From contig OZ242010.1 of the NCBI GenBank assembly GCA_965204745.1, positions 736,001-800,000 on the forward strand: 64,000 nt of DNA, in the 5' to 3' direction. This document shows, in pieces, positions 10,391-20,070 of this stretch. Below the pieces are notes generated by a model. That model saw nothing but the letters and a program-made list of their open reading frames with translations. It was not told the origin of the DNA and made no database searches. Both the position numbers and the translations under genes were made by a program. The first letter of the stretch is position 1. Each line of letters starts with the position of its first letter. This DNA comes from Candidatus Latescibacterota bacterium (lineage in GTDB: Bacteria > Latescibacterota > UBA2968).

Positions 10391-10586
10391 GATCCGCCTT
10401 TCCTCCGCCTTCCTCTGCGCCATCCGTTTAATCCGTTTAATCCGTGATCCGCCTTTTATCCGCGCCATCCGCATAATCCGTTTAATCCGCGATCCGCCTT
10501 TCCTCCGTGCCATCCGCGTAATCCGTTTCCTCCGTGATCCGCCTTTCCTCCGCGCCATCCGCGTAATCCGTTTAATCCGCGATCCG
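10391..10586. repeat. Tandem repeat of about 45 bp (4 copies) built from ATCCG/CTCCG subunits
   Basis: GATCCGCCTT recurs at 10391, 10446, 10491, 10536 (GATCCGTCTT at 10581); related AATCCGCG motifs near 5993 and 21910. Confidence 0.9.
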
Positions 10587-10589
10587 TCT

Positions 10590-10979
10590 TTACTTTTTGT
10601 TTTTTTTGTCGTCCGTCTCGCCATCTTCTTTCTTTTGTTTGCGTTTGTCCTTGAACGCCTTGATTTTTTCGAACAGGCCGGGCGCGTATTTGAGCAAATC
10701 CCCGATAGACATGCTCTTGTCATCCAGTGCAAGCAGTTGGGCCTTGCCCTTTTGAATGACGATAAAGGCCACGGGTTGCACGGATCCGCCGCCGCCCGTG
10801 CCACTGCCGCCGTCGTCCTTTTCGCTCTGTGACCCACCCGCGCCGAAGCCAAAGGAAATTTTGGACACCGGGATGATGGTCACATCGCCTGTGACGACAG
10901 GCTCGCCCACCACGGTTTCGGTTTTCACAATCTCGCGCAATTCGTGCAACATCGTTCTCACCACGTCTTCAATAGCCAT
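10590..10979 (-). CDS. GerW/YtfJ-family protein
   Basis: TETVVGEPV..TIIPVSKISFGFGAGG..GGGGSVQPVAFIVI. Confidence 0.9.
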   Translation of the reverse strand: MAIEDVVRTMLHELREIVKTETVVGEPVVTGDVTIIPVSKISFGFGAGGSQSEKDDGGSGTGGGGSVQPVAFIVIQKGKAQLLALDDKSMSIGDLLKYAPGLFEKIKAFKDKRKQKKEDGETDDKKNKK

Positions 10980-11102
10980 GTTGTCTCCTCAGTTGTCAGT
11001 TATCAGTCCACCCCGTCCCAAGCCCCAAGTGGTACATCAATCGTAGGGACATGCTCCCGTGTCTGTCCTCAGTCCATACATCGGGGGATGGACTGAGGAT
11101 CG

Positions 11103-11852
11103 TTATTTTTCGGCGGTCAGCGTGGCTTCGCGTTGAACCTTGCGCTGTGCCCACCAAACGCTCGCGGCCAAGCACCCGCCGCGTGCTGCCAATGCGAGGG
11201 CGGCCCACAGCAAGCGCGAGAGATAAACCGAAAGCCGAACGGACCCGGAACCCGCAAAGCGCGGTTGCATAAAATCGGGCGTTAGGGAAATGCGAACGCG
11301 CTTGCCGAGAACGCGCTTGACCGCTTCGACATAGCCGAACAAACGCCCGGTGAAAGCGGGATCGCCCAACCCCACCTCCAAATCCATTGCCGCATCCCGA
11401 AATCGAATCGCGCGCAACAACCGCTTGGCAAATCGCATCACAATGGGGCGCGCATCCGCGGCATAGCCCATGTATTGTTTCGCCTGCGCGTAACGCGACC
11501 GCCATGGCGACTCGGCTACCGGCATCGCATCCGCCGCTTTTTCCGCACGCGCCGCTTCATCGCCCCCTCCTTCGGGATCCCCCTCCGCATCGGATTCGAC
11601 CACTCGCGGCGCAGGTGCCTTGGGCCGCCAAACCGTGCAAGGCCCCAACACCACGCGCCATTGCAACCCGGTATCATCGACCTCGCACACAACGCCGCAC
11701 AGGCCGCCCCATGCCCGCGCAAATCCGGATACGCGGTACGCGTCCTCGCGGTAAAAACCCGCCGCACCGACCCGGATGGGCAAGACGATAAAGCCCGCCA
11801 ACACCGCGAAGATAATCGAGCCAATGCCAATGAAAACTTCCGCGAGCATCAT
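11103..11852 (-). CDS. DUF2953-like membrane protein (usual YtfJ partner)
   Basis: N-terminal TM; GLGDPAFTGRLFG..LTPDF motif; adjacent to ytfJ. Confidence 0.75.
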   Translation of the reverse strand: MMLAEVFIGIGSIIFAVLAGFIVLPIRVGAAGFYREDAYRVSGFARAWGGLCGVVCEVDDTGLQWRVVLGPCTVWRPKAPAPRVVESDAEGDPEGGGDEAARAEKAADAMPVAESPWRSRYAQAKQYMGYAADARPIVMRFAKRLLRAIRFRDAAMDLEVGLGDPAFTGRLFGYVEAVKRVLGKRVRISLTPDFMQPRFAGSGSVRLSVYLSRLLWAALALAARGGCLAASVWWAQRKVQREATLTAEK

Positions 11853-11868
11853 GGATAACCTTTCGCAT

Positions 11869-12175
11869 CTTGTATCTTTGGGCGAGGCACAGGGCATCGC
11901 CTAAAAAGGTGAGAGGTGAGAGGCAAGACGTGAGAAGGCCACCCCTCTCCCCTCTTGCGTCTCCCCTCTTGCCTCTCCCCTCTTGTATCTTTGGGCGAAT
12001 ACAGGGCATCGCCCAAAAAGGTGAGAGGTGAGAGGCAAGACGTGAGAAGGCCACCCCTCTCCCCTCTTGCGTCTTCCTTCTCCCTTTTTGTATCTTTGGC
12101 TTGCGAACCGCCTTTGGGCGGAGATGGGCGGGGACTGACCACTGACTACTGACCACTGACCACTGACCACTGCCT
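11869..12175. repeat. Tandem family B repeats plus ACTGACC heptamer run
   Basis: Unit TGTATCTTTGGGCGA..TCGCCCAAAAAGGTGAGAGGTGAGAGGCAAGACGTGAGAAGGCCACCCCTCTCCCCTCT x2; also at 16075-16155 (rev) and 42369-42455. Confidence 0.9.
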
Positions 12176-12304
12176 CTCGCCTTTTCAAATAGCGAAAAAA
12201 GAAGCCGCAAAGTCAAGCGGTTTTGCCTCTGCACTTGACACGATGGGATAGCGCGTGCAATATATGGCAAATGGCTACAAGGCAACGCGATAAACGGAGA
12301 CTTT

Positions 12305-14140
12305 ATGACCGCACATCGACAGATCGAAACATGGGCCGCGGAAGGACGGATTTCCGCCTCGGCATCGCACGCGCTTTTGCAATGGCTGGCGGACCCGAAA
12401 TTTGCCGATTTTGTGGCCGACATTCAACGGCTCGTACAAACGGGAGATACGGACGAACTCGACGATGCGTTTCGCACCCACATCGAGTTTGGCACGGGCG
12501 GGATTCGGGGCGAGATGGGGCCAGGGCCCAACCGCATCAACCTGCGAACCATTGGCGAAGCCGCGCAGGGCTTGGCGCGGTACATCCTCAACTCGGGCAT
12601 TGCAAACGCCCGGGAAATGGGCGTGGTCATCGCGCACGACACGCGCAACAACTCGGCCCGCTTTGCTCGGGAAACCGCCTCGGTCATCGCCGGGCATGGC
12701 ATTGTCGCCCGCTTGTTTGACGGGCATCGCGCAACGCCCCATCTCTCTTTCGCGCTCCGGCAAACCGGCGCCGTTGCGGGCGTGGTCATCAGCGCGAGCC
12801 ACAACCCGCCTGCGGACAATGGCTTCAAGGCGTATTGGACAGACGGCGGGCAGGTCGTTCCCCCGCACGACAAAAACATCATCGCCGAAGTCATCGCGGG
12901 GCAAAACACGCGCATTAAAAAAATGGACTACGAAACCGGGGTCAAGCGCGGCCTCATCCAACCCCTCGCCGCACCCCTCGACGCGCACTACATCGAAAAA
13001 CTCGCGGGCGTCTCCCTGTCAGACGCGCGGGACATCCGCATCGTCTATACGCCCCTACACGGGGTCGGCGCGACGAGCATTGTGCCCGCGCTTCAAAAAC
13101 TCGGGTATGACCAACTCCACCTCGTCGAAGCGCAAACCATCCCGGACGGGAATTTCCCAACCGTGGCGGGTGGCATTGCCAATCCCGAAGCCCCCGGCAC
13201 ATTCGCGCTGGCAATCGAACGAGCCGCGCAACGCCACGCGGACCTGGTCATCGCCAGCGACCCAGACGCGGACCGGCTCGGCTGCGCGTTGCCCCATCCG
13301 CAACAGGGCTGGCATGCCCGCCCGGAAGAACTCGCCCTCACCGGCAACCAGATCGGCGTGATTTTGTGTCATTATCTCCTCAACGCCCTCAAAACCCAGC
13401 ACGCCTTGCCGACCCAAGGCGTCGTGTGCAAAACCATCGTCACCACGGACCTCATCAGCTTGATCGCCGCGTATTTTGGCATGACCCCGGTGGATAACCT
13501 CCTCGTCGGCTTCAAATACATTGCAGACGTCATCGACAACCTGCAAGCGGACCAAACCTTTGTGTTCGGCGCGGAAGAGAGCCACGGGTACTTGGCGGGC
13601 GATTTTGTGCGCGACAAAGATGCGGCCATTGCCGCGGTCTTGCTCGCAGAATGCGCGGCCCAACTCAAATCGCAGGGCCGCACCGTGCGCGATTACCTCG
13701 ATGAAATTTATCGCACATTCGGCTATTTTTGCGACATCCAAAAATCCGCGTACCGCACGGGCGCGCAGGGCAACGAGGAAATCGCGCGGATCATGCAGGG
13801 CCTGCGCCAAAATCCACCGCGCGCGATAGGGGGGCACGAGGTCATCGAAGTCATCGACTATCAAACCCTCGCGGCGCGCCATTTGAAAACGGGCACCACG
13901 CGCTCGCTCAAAGGCACGGCTGGCAATGTGCTCGCGTTCACCCTCACGGAACGGGGCCACACCCGGGTCACGGCGCGGCCTTCGGGCACGGAGCCAAAGA
14001 TCAAATACTACGTCTCGGCAACTTGGGCGGATCGCGCGGATGTGCCGCGCGCGCGCAGCTCCATTGACCGCCTCGCGGACGACCTCATGCGCGGCATGCG
14101 CCACGCGGCAGAACGCGCCCTTCTATCGGTAACGCCATGA
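12305..14140 (+). CDS. pgm: Phosphoglucomutase/phosphomannomutase
   Basis: FGTGGIRG, SASHNP, DPDADR, GAEESHG, RPSGTEPKIKYY. Confidence 0.93.
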   Translation: MTAHRQIETWAAEGRISASASHALLQWLADPKFADFVADIQRLVQTGDTDELDDAFRTHIEFGTGGIRGEMGPGPNRINLRTIGEAAQGLARYILNSGIANAREMGVVIAHDTRNNSARFARETASVIAGHGIVARLFDGHRATPHLSFALRQTGAVAGVVISASHNPPADNGFKAYWTDGGQVVPPHDKNIIAEVIAGQNTRIKKMDYETGVKRGLIQPLAAPLDAHYIEKLAGVSLSDARDIRIVYTPLHGVGATSIVPALQKLGYDQLHLVEAQTIPDGNFPTVAGGIANPEAPGTFALAIERAAQRHADLVIASDPDADRLGCALPHPQQGWHARPEELALTGNQIGVILCHYLLNALKTQHALPTQGVVCKTIVTTDLISLIAAYFGMTPVDNLLVGFKYIADVIDNLQADQTFVFGAEESHGYLAGDFVRDKDAAIAAVLLAECAAQLKSQGRTVRDYLDEIYRTFGYFCDIQKSAYRTGAQGNEEIARIMQGLRQNPPRAIGGHEVIEVIDYQTLAARHLKTGTTRSLKGTAGNVLAFTLTERGHTRVTARPSGTEPKIKYYVSATWADRADVPRARSSIDRLADDLMRGMRHAAERALLSVTP

Positions 14141-15825
14141 CCCATTCCACACACGCGGGCATCTATCGCAACCCGACCAGTTACGCGGACCCGGAATTTA
14201 GCAAGTACCTGCGCCGCGCATTTCTCGCGGCCGTGGGCTATGACCGCGAAGACATCACGCGGCCCGTCATCGGCATTGCCTCGACAGCGTCGGATTACAA
14301 CCCCTGCCACGCGCAGATGCCGGATTTGATCGAAGCGGTCAAGCGCGGGGTGCTCGAAGCCGGGGGCCTGCCCTTTGTGTTCCCCACGCTTTCGCTGAAC
14401 GAAATTTTCTTTTCGCCCACCACCATGCTCTTTCGCAACCTGCTGGCGATGGAAACCGAGGAACTCATCACCGCGCAGCCGATGGACGCGGTGGTGCTCA
14501 TGGGCGGGTGCGACAAAACCGTGCCCGCGCAAGTGATGGCCGCTGCGTCGGCCGATATCCCCGCGATCCAAGTCGTATCCGGCGCGATGCGAACCGGCGC
14601 GTGGCAAGGCGACCGCTTGGGCGCGTGTACAGATTGCCGCCGGTACTGGGCGCGCTACCGCGCAGGCGAACTCACCGAGCCGCAGATCCAAGGCGTGACC
14701 CAATCCCTTTGCAGCACCCCCGGAACCTGCATGGTGATGGGCACGGCCTCCACGATGGCCTGTGTGGTCGAAACCCTGGGGCTGATGCTTCCCGGGGGCG
14801 CGGCTCCGGTCTCGGGCACGGGCGACCGGTTGCGCGTGGGCACGCGCTCTGGACGCATGGTCGTCGCCCTTGCCCGCGCAAACCGCGGCCCATCGCAACT
14901 GCTCACCCGCGCGTCATTTCTCAATGCCCTCACCGTGCTCACTGCTGTGGGCGGCTCGACCAATGCAATCGTTCACCTCTTGGCTATCGCACGCCGCGCA
15001 GGCACTCGCCTCACCCTTGAAGACATGCACACTGTGGCGCAACGCGTGCCCTTGCTCGTAGATTGCAAACCCGCGGGCGAGGGATACATGGAGGACTTTC
15101 ACCGCGCGGGCGGCCTTCCCCCCTTGCTCAAAACGCTCGAACCCCTGTTGCACACCGATGTGCCCACGATCACGGGGCAATCCCTCGGGGAATACTTGAA
15201 CGCGGTACAACCGCCTCAAGCGTGGCAAACCACGATTCGCACGTTGGACGATCCCCTGGGTCCAACCGGCGCGCTCGCGGTGATTCGCGGGAATCTCGCC
15301 CCAGAAGGCGGGGTGCTCAAGGTCGCCGCAGCAACGGCTGACCTGCTCGCGCACCGAGGCCCGGCCATTGTATTCGACTCGGCCGAAGACGCCGCCGAAC
15401 GCATCGACGACCCCGGGCTCAAAATCACGGCCGACCATGTGATGATCCTCCGCAATGCCGGCCCGGTCGGAGGCGGGTTTCCCGAAGCCGGCTCGTTGCC
15501 CATTCCCAAGTACCTCGCGCAAAAGGGCGTCAAAGACATGGTGCGCGTTTCCGATGCGCGCATGAGCGGCACGTCTTACGGCACGGTGGTCTTGCACTGT
15601 TCGCCCGAAGCCGCGACCGGCGGCCCGCTCGCCCTGGTGCGCGATGGCGACCTGATCGAATTGAACACCGCAGAACGCCGCCTCGATTTGCTCGTCAACG
15701 CCCCAGAACTCGCACGACGCCGCGAAGCCTTCGTTCCCCCGCCAATCCCCGAGCGCGGCTGGCGCCATCTACACGCCAACCACGTCCTCCCCGCACACCT
15801 CGGCGCGGACTTGGACTTCTTGTGA
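14137..15825 (+). CDS. IlvD/Edd-family dehydratase (dihydroxy-acid or sugar-acid)
   Basis: NPCH, GGCDKT, GTCMVMGTASTM, GGSTN, SDARMSGT. Confidence 0.92.
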   Translation: MTHSTHAGIYRNPTSYADPEFSKYLRRAFLAAVGYDREDITRPVIGIASTASDYNPCHAQMPDLIEAVKRGVLEAGGLPFVFPTLSLNEIFFSPTTMLFRNLLAMETEELITAQPMDAVVLMGGCDKTVPAQVMAAASADIPAIQVVSGAMRTGAWQGDRLGACTDCRRYWARYRAGELTEPQIQGVTQSLCSTPGTCMVMGTASTMACVVETLGLMLPGGAAPVSGTGDRLRVGTRSGRMVVALARANRGPSQLLTRASFLNALTVLTAVGGSTNAIVHLLAIARRAGTRLTLEDMHTVAQRVPLLVDCKPAGEGYMEDFHRAGGLPPLLKTLEPLLHTDVPTITGQSLGEYLNAVQPPQAWQTTIRTLDDPLGPTGALAVIRGNLAPEGGVLKVAAATADLLAHRGPAIVFDSAEDAAERIDDPGLKITADHVMILRNAGPVGGGFPEAGSLPIPKYLAQKGVKDMVRVSDARMSGTSYGTVVLHCSPEAATGGPLALVRDGDLIELNTAERRLDLLVNAPELARRREAFVPPPIPERGWRHLHANHVLPAHLGADLDFL

Positions 15826-16334
15826 AAAGACCCCGATTCGTTTGTGAATTAGGACAGCAAATTCCAAATATCGGAGTTAGCAACCGCAGTGCCATTTATG
15901 TCGATTTTACTCGATTCGATACCGCCCGAACAAATCGACAAAATTTCTTTGAGTCATGACGCGCTGTAAAATAGGTTGCGGGCAGGGCAAATGGGCTTAT
16001 ACTTCAACATGCCTTTCTGACGCCCCGCCCAACCCCCTTCGGTAAGACGGGAGAGGCAAGACGCAAGACGCAAGAGAGGAGTGGCCTTCTCGCGTCTTGC
16101 CTCTCACCTCTCACCTTTTTGGGCGATGTCCCGTGCTCGCCCGAAGATACAAGAGACAAATCGCATGCCCGGGAATGTGAAACGCACACAGCAGGGTGGG
16201 GATGGGACGGGCACGCACGGGTGGCGGGGTTAGGATGGGCAGGGAAACGCACACGGTGGGGCAGGGTAGCGGATGGGATCGCACTTGGGCGGATGAGGGG
16301 AGAGGGGTGGCCTTCTCACGTCTTGGGAGAGAAA

Positions 16335-18683
16335 ATGGCAGATCGAAAATCCGTGATGATACAGTTGTTGCGCGGGGAGGTGACGGTCGAGCAGGCGGCC
16401 GGTGAATTGGGGGTTTCGCGCCGAGGGGTTCGGGATATGCAGCGGCGGTTTTTGCAACAGCGATTGCCCAAAGCGCGGGAGGTGGTGCGCGCGCCGGTGG
16501 ATCAACCGGTGACGGTGTTGCGCGACAAGTGGGGCGTGGCGCACATCGAGGCCGCGTCTGTGGGCGATTGTTTTACCGCGCTGGGCTATGCGATGGCGCA
16601 GGATCGGCTGTGGCAGATGGATTATATGCGGCGGTTGGCGCACGGGCAGTTGGCGGAAATTTTGGGTGCGGAGTATGTGGCGCGAGATCGGTTGCATCGC
16701 ACGATTGGCCTGACGCGCGCAGCACGGGATGCGGCTTCGGCGATGTCGAGCGAGGTGGCGATGGTGTTGCGGTCTCTGTGCAATGGGATCAATGCGTGGA
16801 TGGCTGCGATGGGCGAGCGGCGGTGCGTGGAGTTCGACATTTTGGCGTACGACCCGACGCCGTGGACTGCGGTGGATTCGATAGCGATATGGAAATGGCG
16901 ATGGTGGATGCTGACCGGGCGATTGGACATGATCGCGATCAACGAGGCGGCAAAACGGCATTTGCCCGCGGAGTTGTTCGATTTGTTTTTGATGACCGAG
17001 GCCGCAGAGGAGACCATTGTGCCATCTGACGAACCCGCGGGCATCGGGGGATACGACGCGGGCATTGGCAGCAACAACTGGGTGGTCGGGGGACGGAGTA
17101 CCGCGAGTGGCAAGCCGGTGTTGGCGACAGATCCGCACAACGACGTGAGTTTGTGCAGGCAGTGGTATCAGGCGCAGGTGTGCGCGCCGGGCATGGATGC
17201 GGTGGGCGCGTTTTTCCTGGGCACGCCGGGGATTTATTTGGGGCATACGCGCGATACGGCGTGGGGCGTGACGAATCACACGGCTTCGGCGCGCGATTTG
17301 TACGTGGAAGAGCTGTCCGCAGGAGATGGGGATTTGTACCGCGATGGCGATGCGTGGCGGGTGGTCGAGGTGGAGCGGCAGGAGATTCCGGTGCGCGGTG
17401 CCGATGCGGAGGAGTTGGTGATTCGCCGAACCCGGCGCGGGCCGATTGTCGATGCGTTTGTGCCTGCGGTAGATGATGGGGAACGACCCGTGCTGTCGTT
17501 GCGCTGGGTGGGGGCCGAGGCGACCACCGGGTTTGAAGCGATGCTCGCGTTGATGAAGTCGCAAAATGTCGCGCGGGTTTTAGACGCGCTGGCACAGTGG
17601 CCCATGCCCATTTTGAATTTTGTGTTTGCCGATTCAGAGGGGCGCATCGGGTACCACGCGGTCGGGCATGTGCCTAAGCGCAAGGCGGTGCATTTTGGGT
17701 TTCGCCCGGCCAATGACCCCGCGCACGAGTGGGGCGCGCCGCATGCGTTTGACGAATTGCCGCAGTTGATCGATCCCGACTGCAACTGGGTGGCAACCGC
17801 GAACAATCCCCCGTGGGGTGGCAAGGGTGCGTACATGAGCTTGGGCGGCTGGTCAGAGGGGTATCGGTTTCGCAGAATCAAGGCGCGCATCGAGGCATTG
17901 GAGACGCATACGCAGGAAAGCGTGGGGGCGATCCAAGCGGATGTGGTTCACGGTCGCGGGCAAGCCTTCGCGCCCATTGTGGCAGCGATGGCGCTGAAAG
18001 CGCGGGACGAGGGCTTGCGCGAGTGGGGCGCGTTGTTGCGCGACTGGGATGGCGCGTATTCGGTCGATTCCGTAGCGGCGACCTTGTTCACGGCATTTTG
18101 GGAGCACTGGGTGCGGCGGGTGATGCGCGTGCGGTTTCCGGACGGGGTGGTGCGATTGGTGGCCGGGCGCGGGGGCAGTGTGGCGCGGCGCGTGTTGGCG
18201 GGCGATGCGCGAGAATGGACGCCCGAGGGGTGGGATGTCGAGGAGGAGGTGTGCGCCGCATTGCTCGACGCACGCGATTGGTTGCACCGGCATGTGGGCA
18301 CGCGCGAGGCGCAGTGGCGTTGGGGGCGGTTGCACACGGTTACATTTCGGCATCCCTTGAGCGATGGCGGGGCCTTGTCGCAGGTGTTTGACGTGGGGCC
18401 GTTTGAGTCGTCTGGCAGCGCGGGCACGGTGCGCGCAACCGGGTACAATTTTGGCGAGCCGTTTGAGGTGACCGGGCTTTCGACCTATCGCATGGTGGTG
18501 GATCTGGACGATCCCGCCCACGGCGTAGCAACCGCGGCCGGTGGACAATCCGGGCATCCGGGCAGCGCGAATTACCGCACGCAATCCGAACTGTGGGCCG
18601 TTGACGCATATCACCCCCTGCTGATGGACAGGGCAGATGTCGAAGCAAATTTGCAGAGCAGGTTGGAGATGTCGTGTAGTTGA
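16335..18683 (+). CDS. Penicillin acylase (Ntn-hydrolase) family protein with N-terminal HTH-like segment
   Basis: RDKWGVAHI, AQDRLWQMD, catalytic GSNNW, GQSGHP; N-terminus LLRGEVTVEQAAGELGVSRRGVRDM; no signal peptide. Confidence 0.9.
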   Translation: MADRKSVMIQLLRGEVTVEQAAGELGVSRRGVRDMQRRFLQQRLPKAREVVRAPVDQPVTVLRDKWGVAHIEAASVGDCFTALGYAMAQDRLWQMDYMRRLAHGQLAEILGAEYVARDRLHRTIGLTRAARDAASAMSSEVAMVLRSLCNGINAWMAAMGERRCVEFDILAYDPTPWTAVDSIAIWKWRWWMLTGRLDMIAINEAAKRHLPAELFDLFLMTEAAEETIVPSDEPAGIGGYDAGIGSNNWVVGGRSTASGKPVLATDPHNDVSLCRQWYQAQVCAPGMDAVGAFFLGTPGIYLGHTRDTAWGVTNHTASARDLYVEELSAGDGDLYRDGDAWRVVEVERQEIPVRGADAEELVIRRTRRGPIVDAFVPAVDDGERPVLSLRWVGAEATTGFEAMLALMKSQNVARVLDALAQWPMPILNFVFADSEGRIGYHAVGHVPKRKAVHFGFRPANDPAHEWGAPHAFDELPQLIDPDCNWVATANNPPWGGKGAYMSLGGWSEGYRFRRIKARIEALETHTQESVGAIQADVVHGRGQAFAPIVAAMALKARDEGLREWGALLRDWDGAYSVDSVAATLFTAFWEHWVRRVMRVRFPDGVVRLVAGRGGSVARRVLAGDAREWTPEGWDVEEEVCAALLDARDWLHRHVGTREAQWRWGRLHTVTFRHPLSDGGALSQVFDVGPFESSGSAGTVRATGYNFGEPFEVTGLSTYRMVVDLDDPAHGVATAAGGQSGHPGSANYRTQSELWAVDAYHPLLMDRADVEANLQSRLEMSCS

Positions 18684-18716
18684 TATTTCGTTGACTACTG
18701 TTAAACATTGTTGGCT

Positions 18717-18938
18717 ATGTTTGATTGGAAGGAGGTGGGCTTTGTTGCCCTATTGGAGCAGTTACGTAGCCGGGAAGAGTCGTGCGTTGTGGTTGCCTGG
18801 CGATTCGTCGTTGGCGGTGTTAGAGGGCTGGCAGAGCAAGACGGGTGCGGCGTCGTGGTTTTCTGTGGCGCAGAGCATGGTGCGGAAGCACCGTGCGAAA
18901 AGGCTGTTCTGTCCTTTTGCCATCGGTTCTCTCGTTAG
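18717..18938 (+). pseudogene. tnpA: Degenerate IS607 serine-recombinase TnpA fragment
   Basis: FDWKEVGFVALLEQL..VVVAW..EQDGCGVVV..LSFCHRFSR resembles the IS607 TnpA C-terminal half; HTH and catalytic Ser region missing. Confidence 0.6.
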
Positions 18939-18960
18939 CACGGCGAGCAACAAAGCCCTT

Positions 18961-20070
18961 GTGACGAAGGCGCGGAAGGTGCGTATCTCTCTGTCGGCTG
19001 ATCAGCGTGCGCTGGTGAAGCATTGGATGGCTGGCAGTCGGTGGTGGTATAACAAGGCCGTCGAGCTGTACCGGGCAGGCTTCAAAGTGTCGGAGTATGA
19101 CCTGCGTCGTATTGTCCGTGCGGTCAGTCCCAAGTGGTTTGCGGATGTTCCGAGCAAGATTCTGTGCGGTGCGATAGCCGATGCTCACCGGGCCAATCAA
19201 GCCGTATGGCGTAAGCGAAAGACAGGAGAAAAAGCAGCGTTGCATTATCGTAGCCGGAAGAATCCTATTCAATCCTTGTCGTTGTGCAATGTGGCGTGGA
19301 ACAAGGATCGGTCAACGATCTATCCACTCAGTCTGGGACAAATCCGCTTATCCCGCCCGGTTCCGGAAGCTCCGAAGGATGGGCGGCTTGTTGTTCATCA
19401 GGGCCGGTACTATGTGACCGTGCCCTATTCGAGTCCACGGCGCGTAGCCGAGAGCCAAGGGCGCGTCGTGGCACTCGATCCGGGTATTCGTCGTTTCTTG
19501 ACGTTCTATTCTGAAACGGATTGTGGTAAAATTGGCGAAGGTGATTTTGGTCGCATCCAGCGGTTGTGTGCTCACCTGGATAGTTTGATTGGTCGCATGG
19601 TGAAAGCGTGCGGCTTTCTCAAGGTGCGCCTAAAGCGTGCCATCGAGCGCATGCGCTGGCGCATCCGCGACCTCATCGATGAACTCCACAAGCAGGCAGC
19701 ACGATGGCTTGTGGACAACTACGATGTCATCCTGTTGCCAACGTTTGAGACGAGCGAGATGGTTGTGCGCGGTAAGCGGTGCCTTCGCCGCAAGTCTGTC
19801 CGCAACCTGCTCACCTTCGCCCATTATCGCTTCAAGCAATTCCTCAAGCACAAGGCTTTCGAGACCGGCAAGTTGGTCTTAGATGTGAATGAGGCATACA
19901 CGTCCAAAACAGTCAGTTGGACAGGCGAGATTGTGAAGAACTTGGGCGGAGCGAAAGTCATCCGTAGCAGAATGGATGGCCATACCATGGATCGAGATAT
20001 CAATGGCGCACGGGGTATTTTTCTCCGTGCTTTGGGCGATACACCCAAGTTGCGTGATTGCCTGGCGTAA
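18961..20070 (+). CDS. tnpB: TnpB RNA-guided endonuclease, IS607 type
   Basis: SRWWYN; RuvC-I ALDPG; LPTFETSEM; VNEAYTSKT; RuvC-III DRDINGARGI; GTG start assumed. Confidence 0.92.
   Translation: MTKARKVRISLSADQRALVKHWMAGSRWWYNKAVELYRAGFKVSEYDLRRIVRAVSPKWFADVPSKILCGAIADAHRANQAVWRKRKTGEKAALHYRSRKNPIQSLSLCNVAWNKDRSTIYPLSLGQIRLSRPVPEAPKDGRLVVHQGRYYVTVPYSSPRRVAESQGRVVALDPGIRRFLTFYSETDCGKIGEGDFGRIQRLCAHLDSLIGRMVKACGFLKVRLKRAIERMRWRIRDLIDELHKQAARWLVDNYDVILLPTFETSEMVVRGKRCLRRKSVRNLLTFAHYRFKQFLKHKAFETGKLVLDVNEAYTSKTVSWTGEIVKNLGGAKVIRSRMDGHTMDRDINGARGIFLRALGDTPKLRDCLA

Noticed and set aside
10391-10586. Possible CRISPR or TIGR-like array
   Set aside because: No unique spacers between repeats and no cas or tas-like gene adjacent
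11674-12423. ORFs running through repeat stacks (also 9506-9841, 10379-10852, 16119-16334, 42074-42512)
   Set aside because: Translations of non-coding repeats with low-complexity products
15830-15970. AT-richer intergenic stretch with short open frames
   Set aside because: No convincing start, RBS or recognisable motif
18637-18960. N-terminal extension making TnpB 477 aa
   Set aside because: Crosses the element boundary and overlaps the tnpA remnant; TnpB-like sequence starts near 18961
18669-18960. Group I intron (IStron) at the left end
   Set aside because: Only about 50 bp precede the tnpA remnant, too short for an intron core
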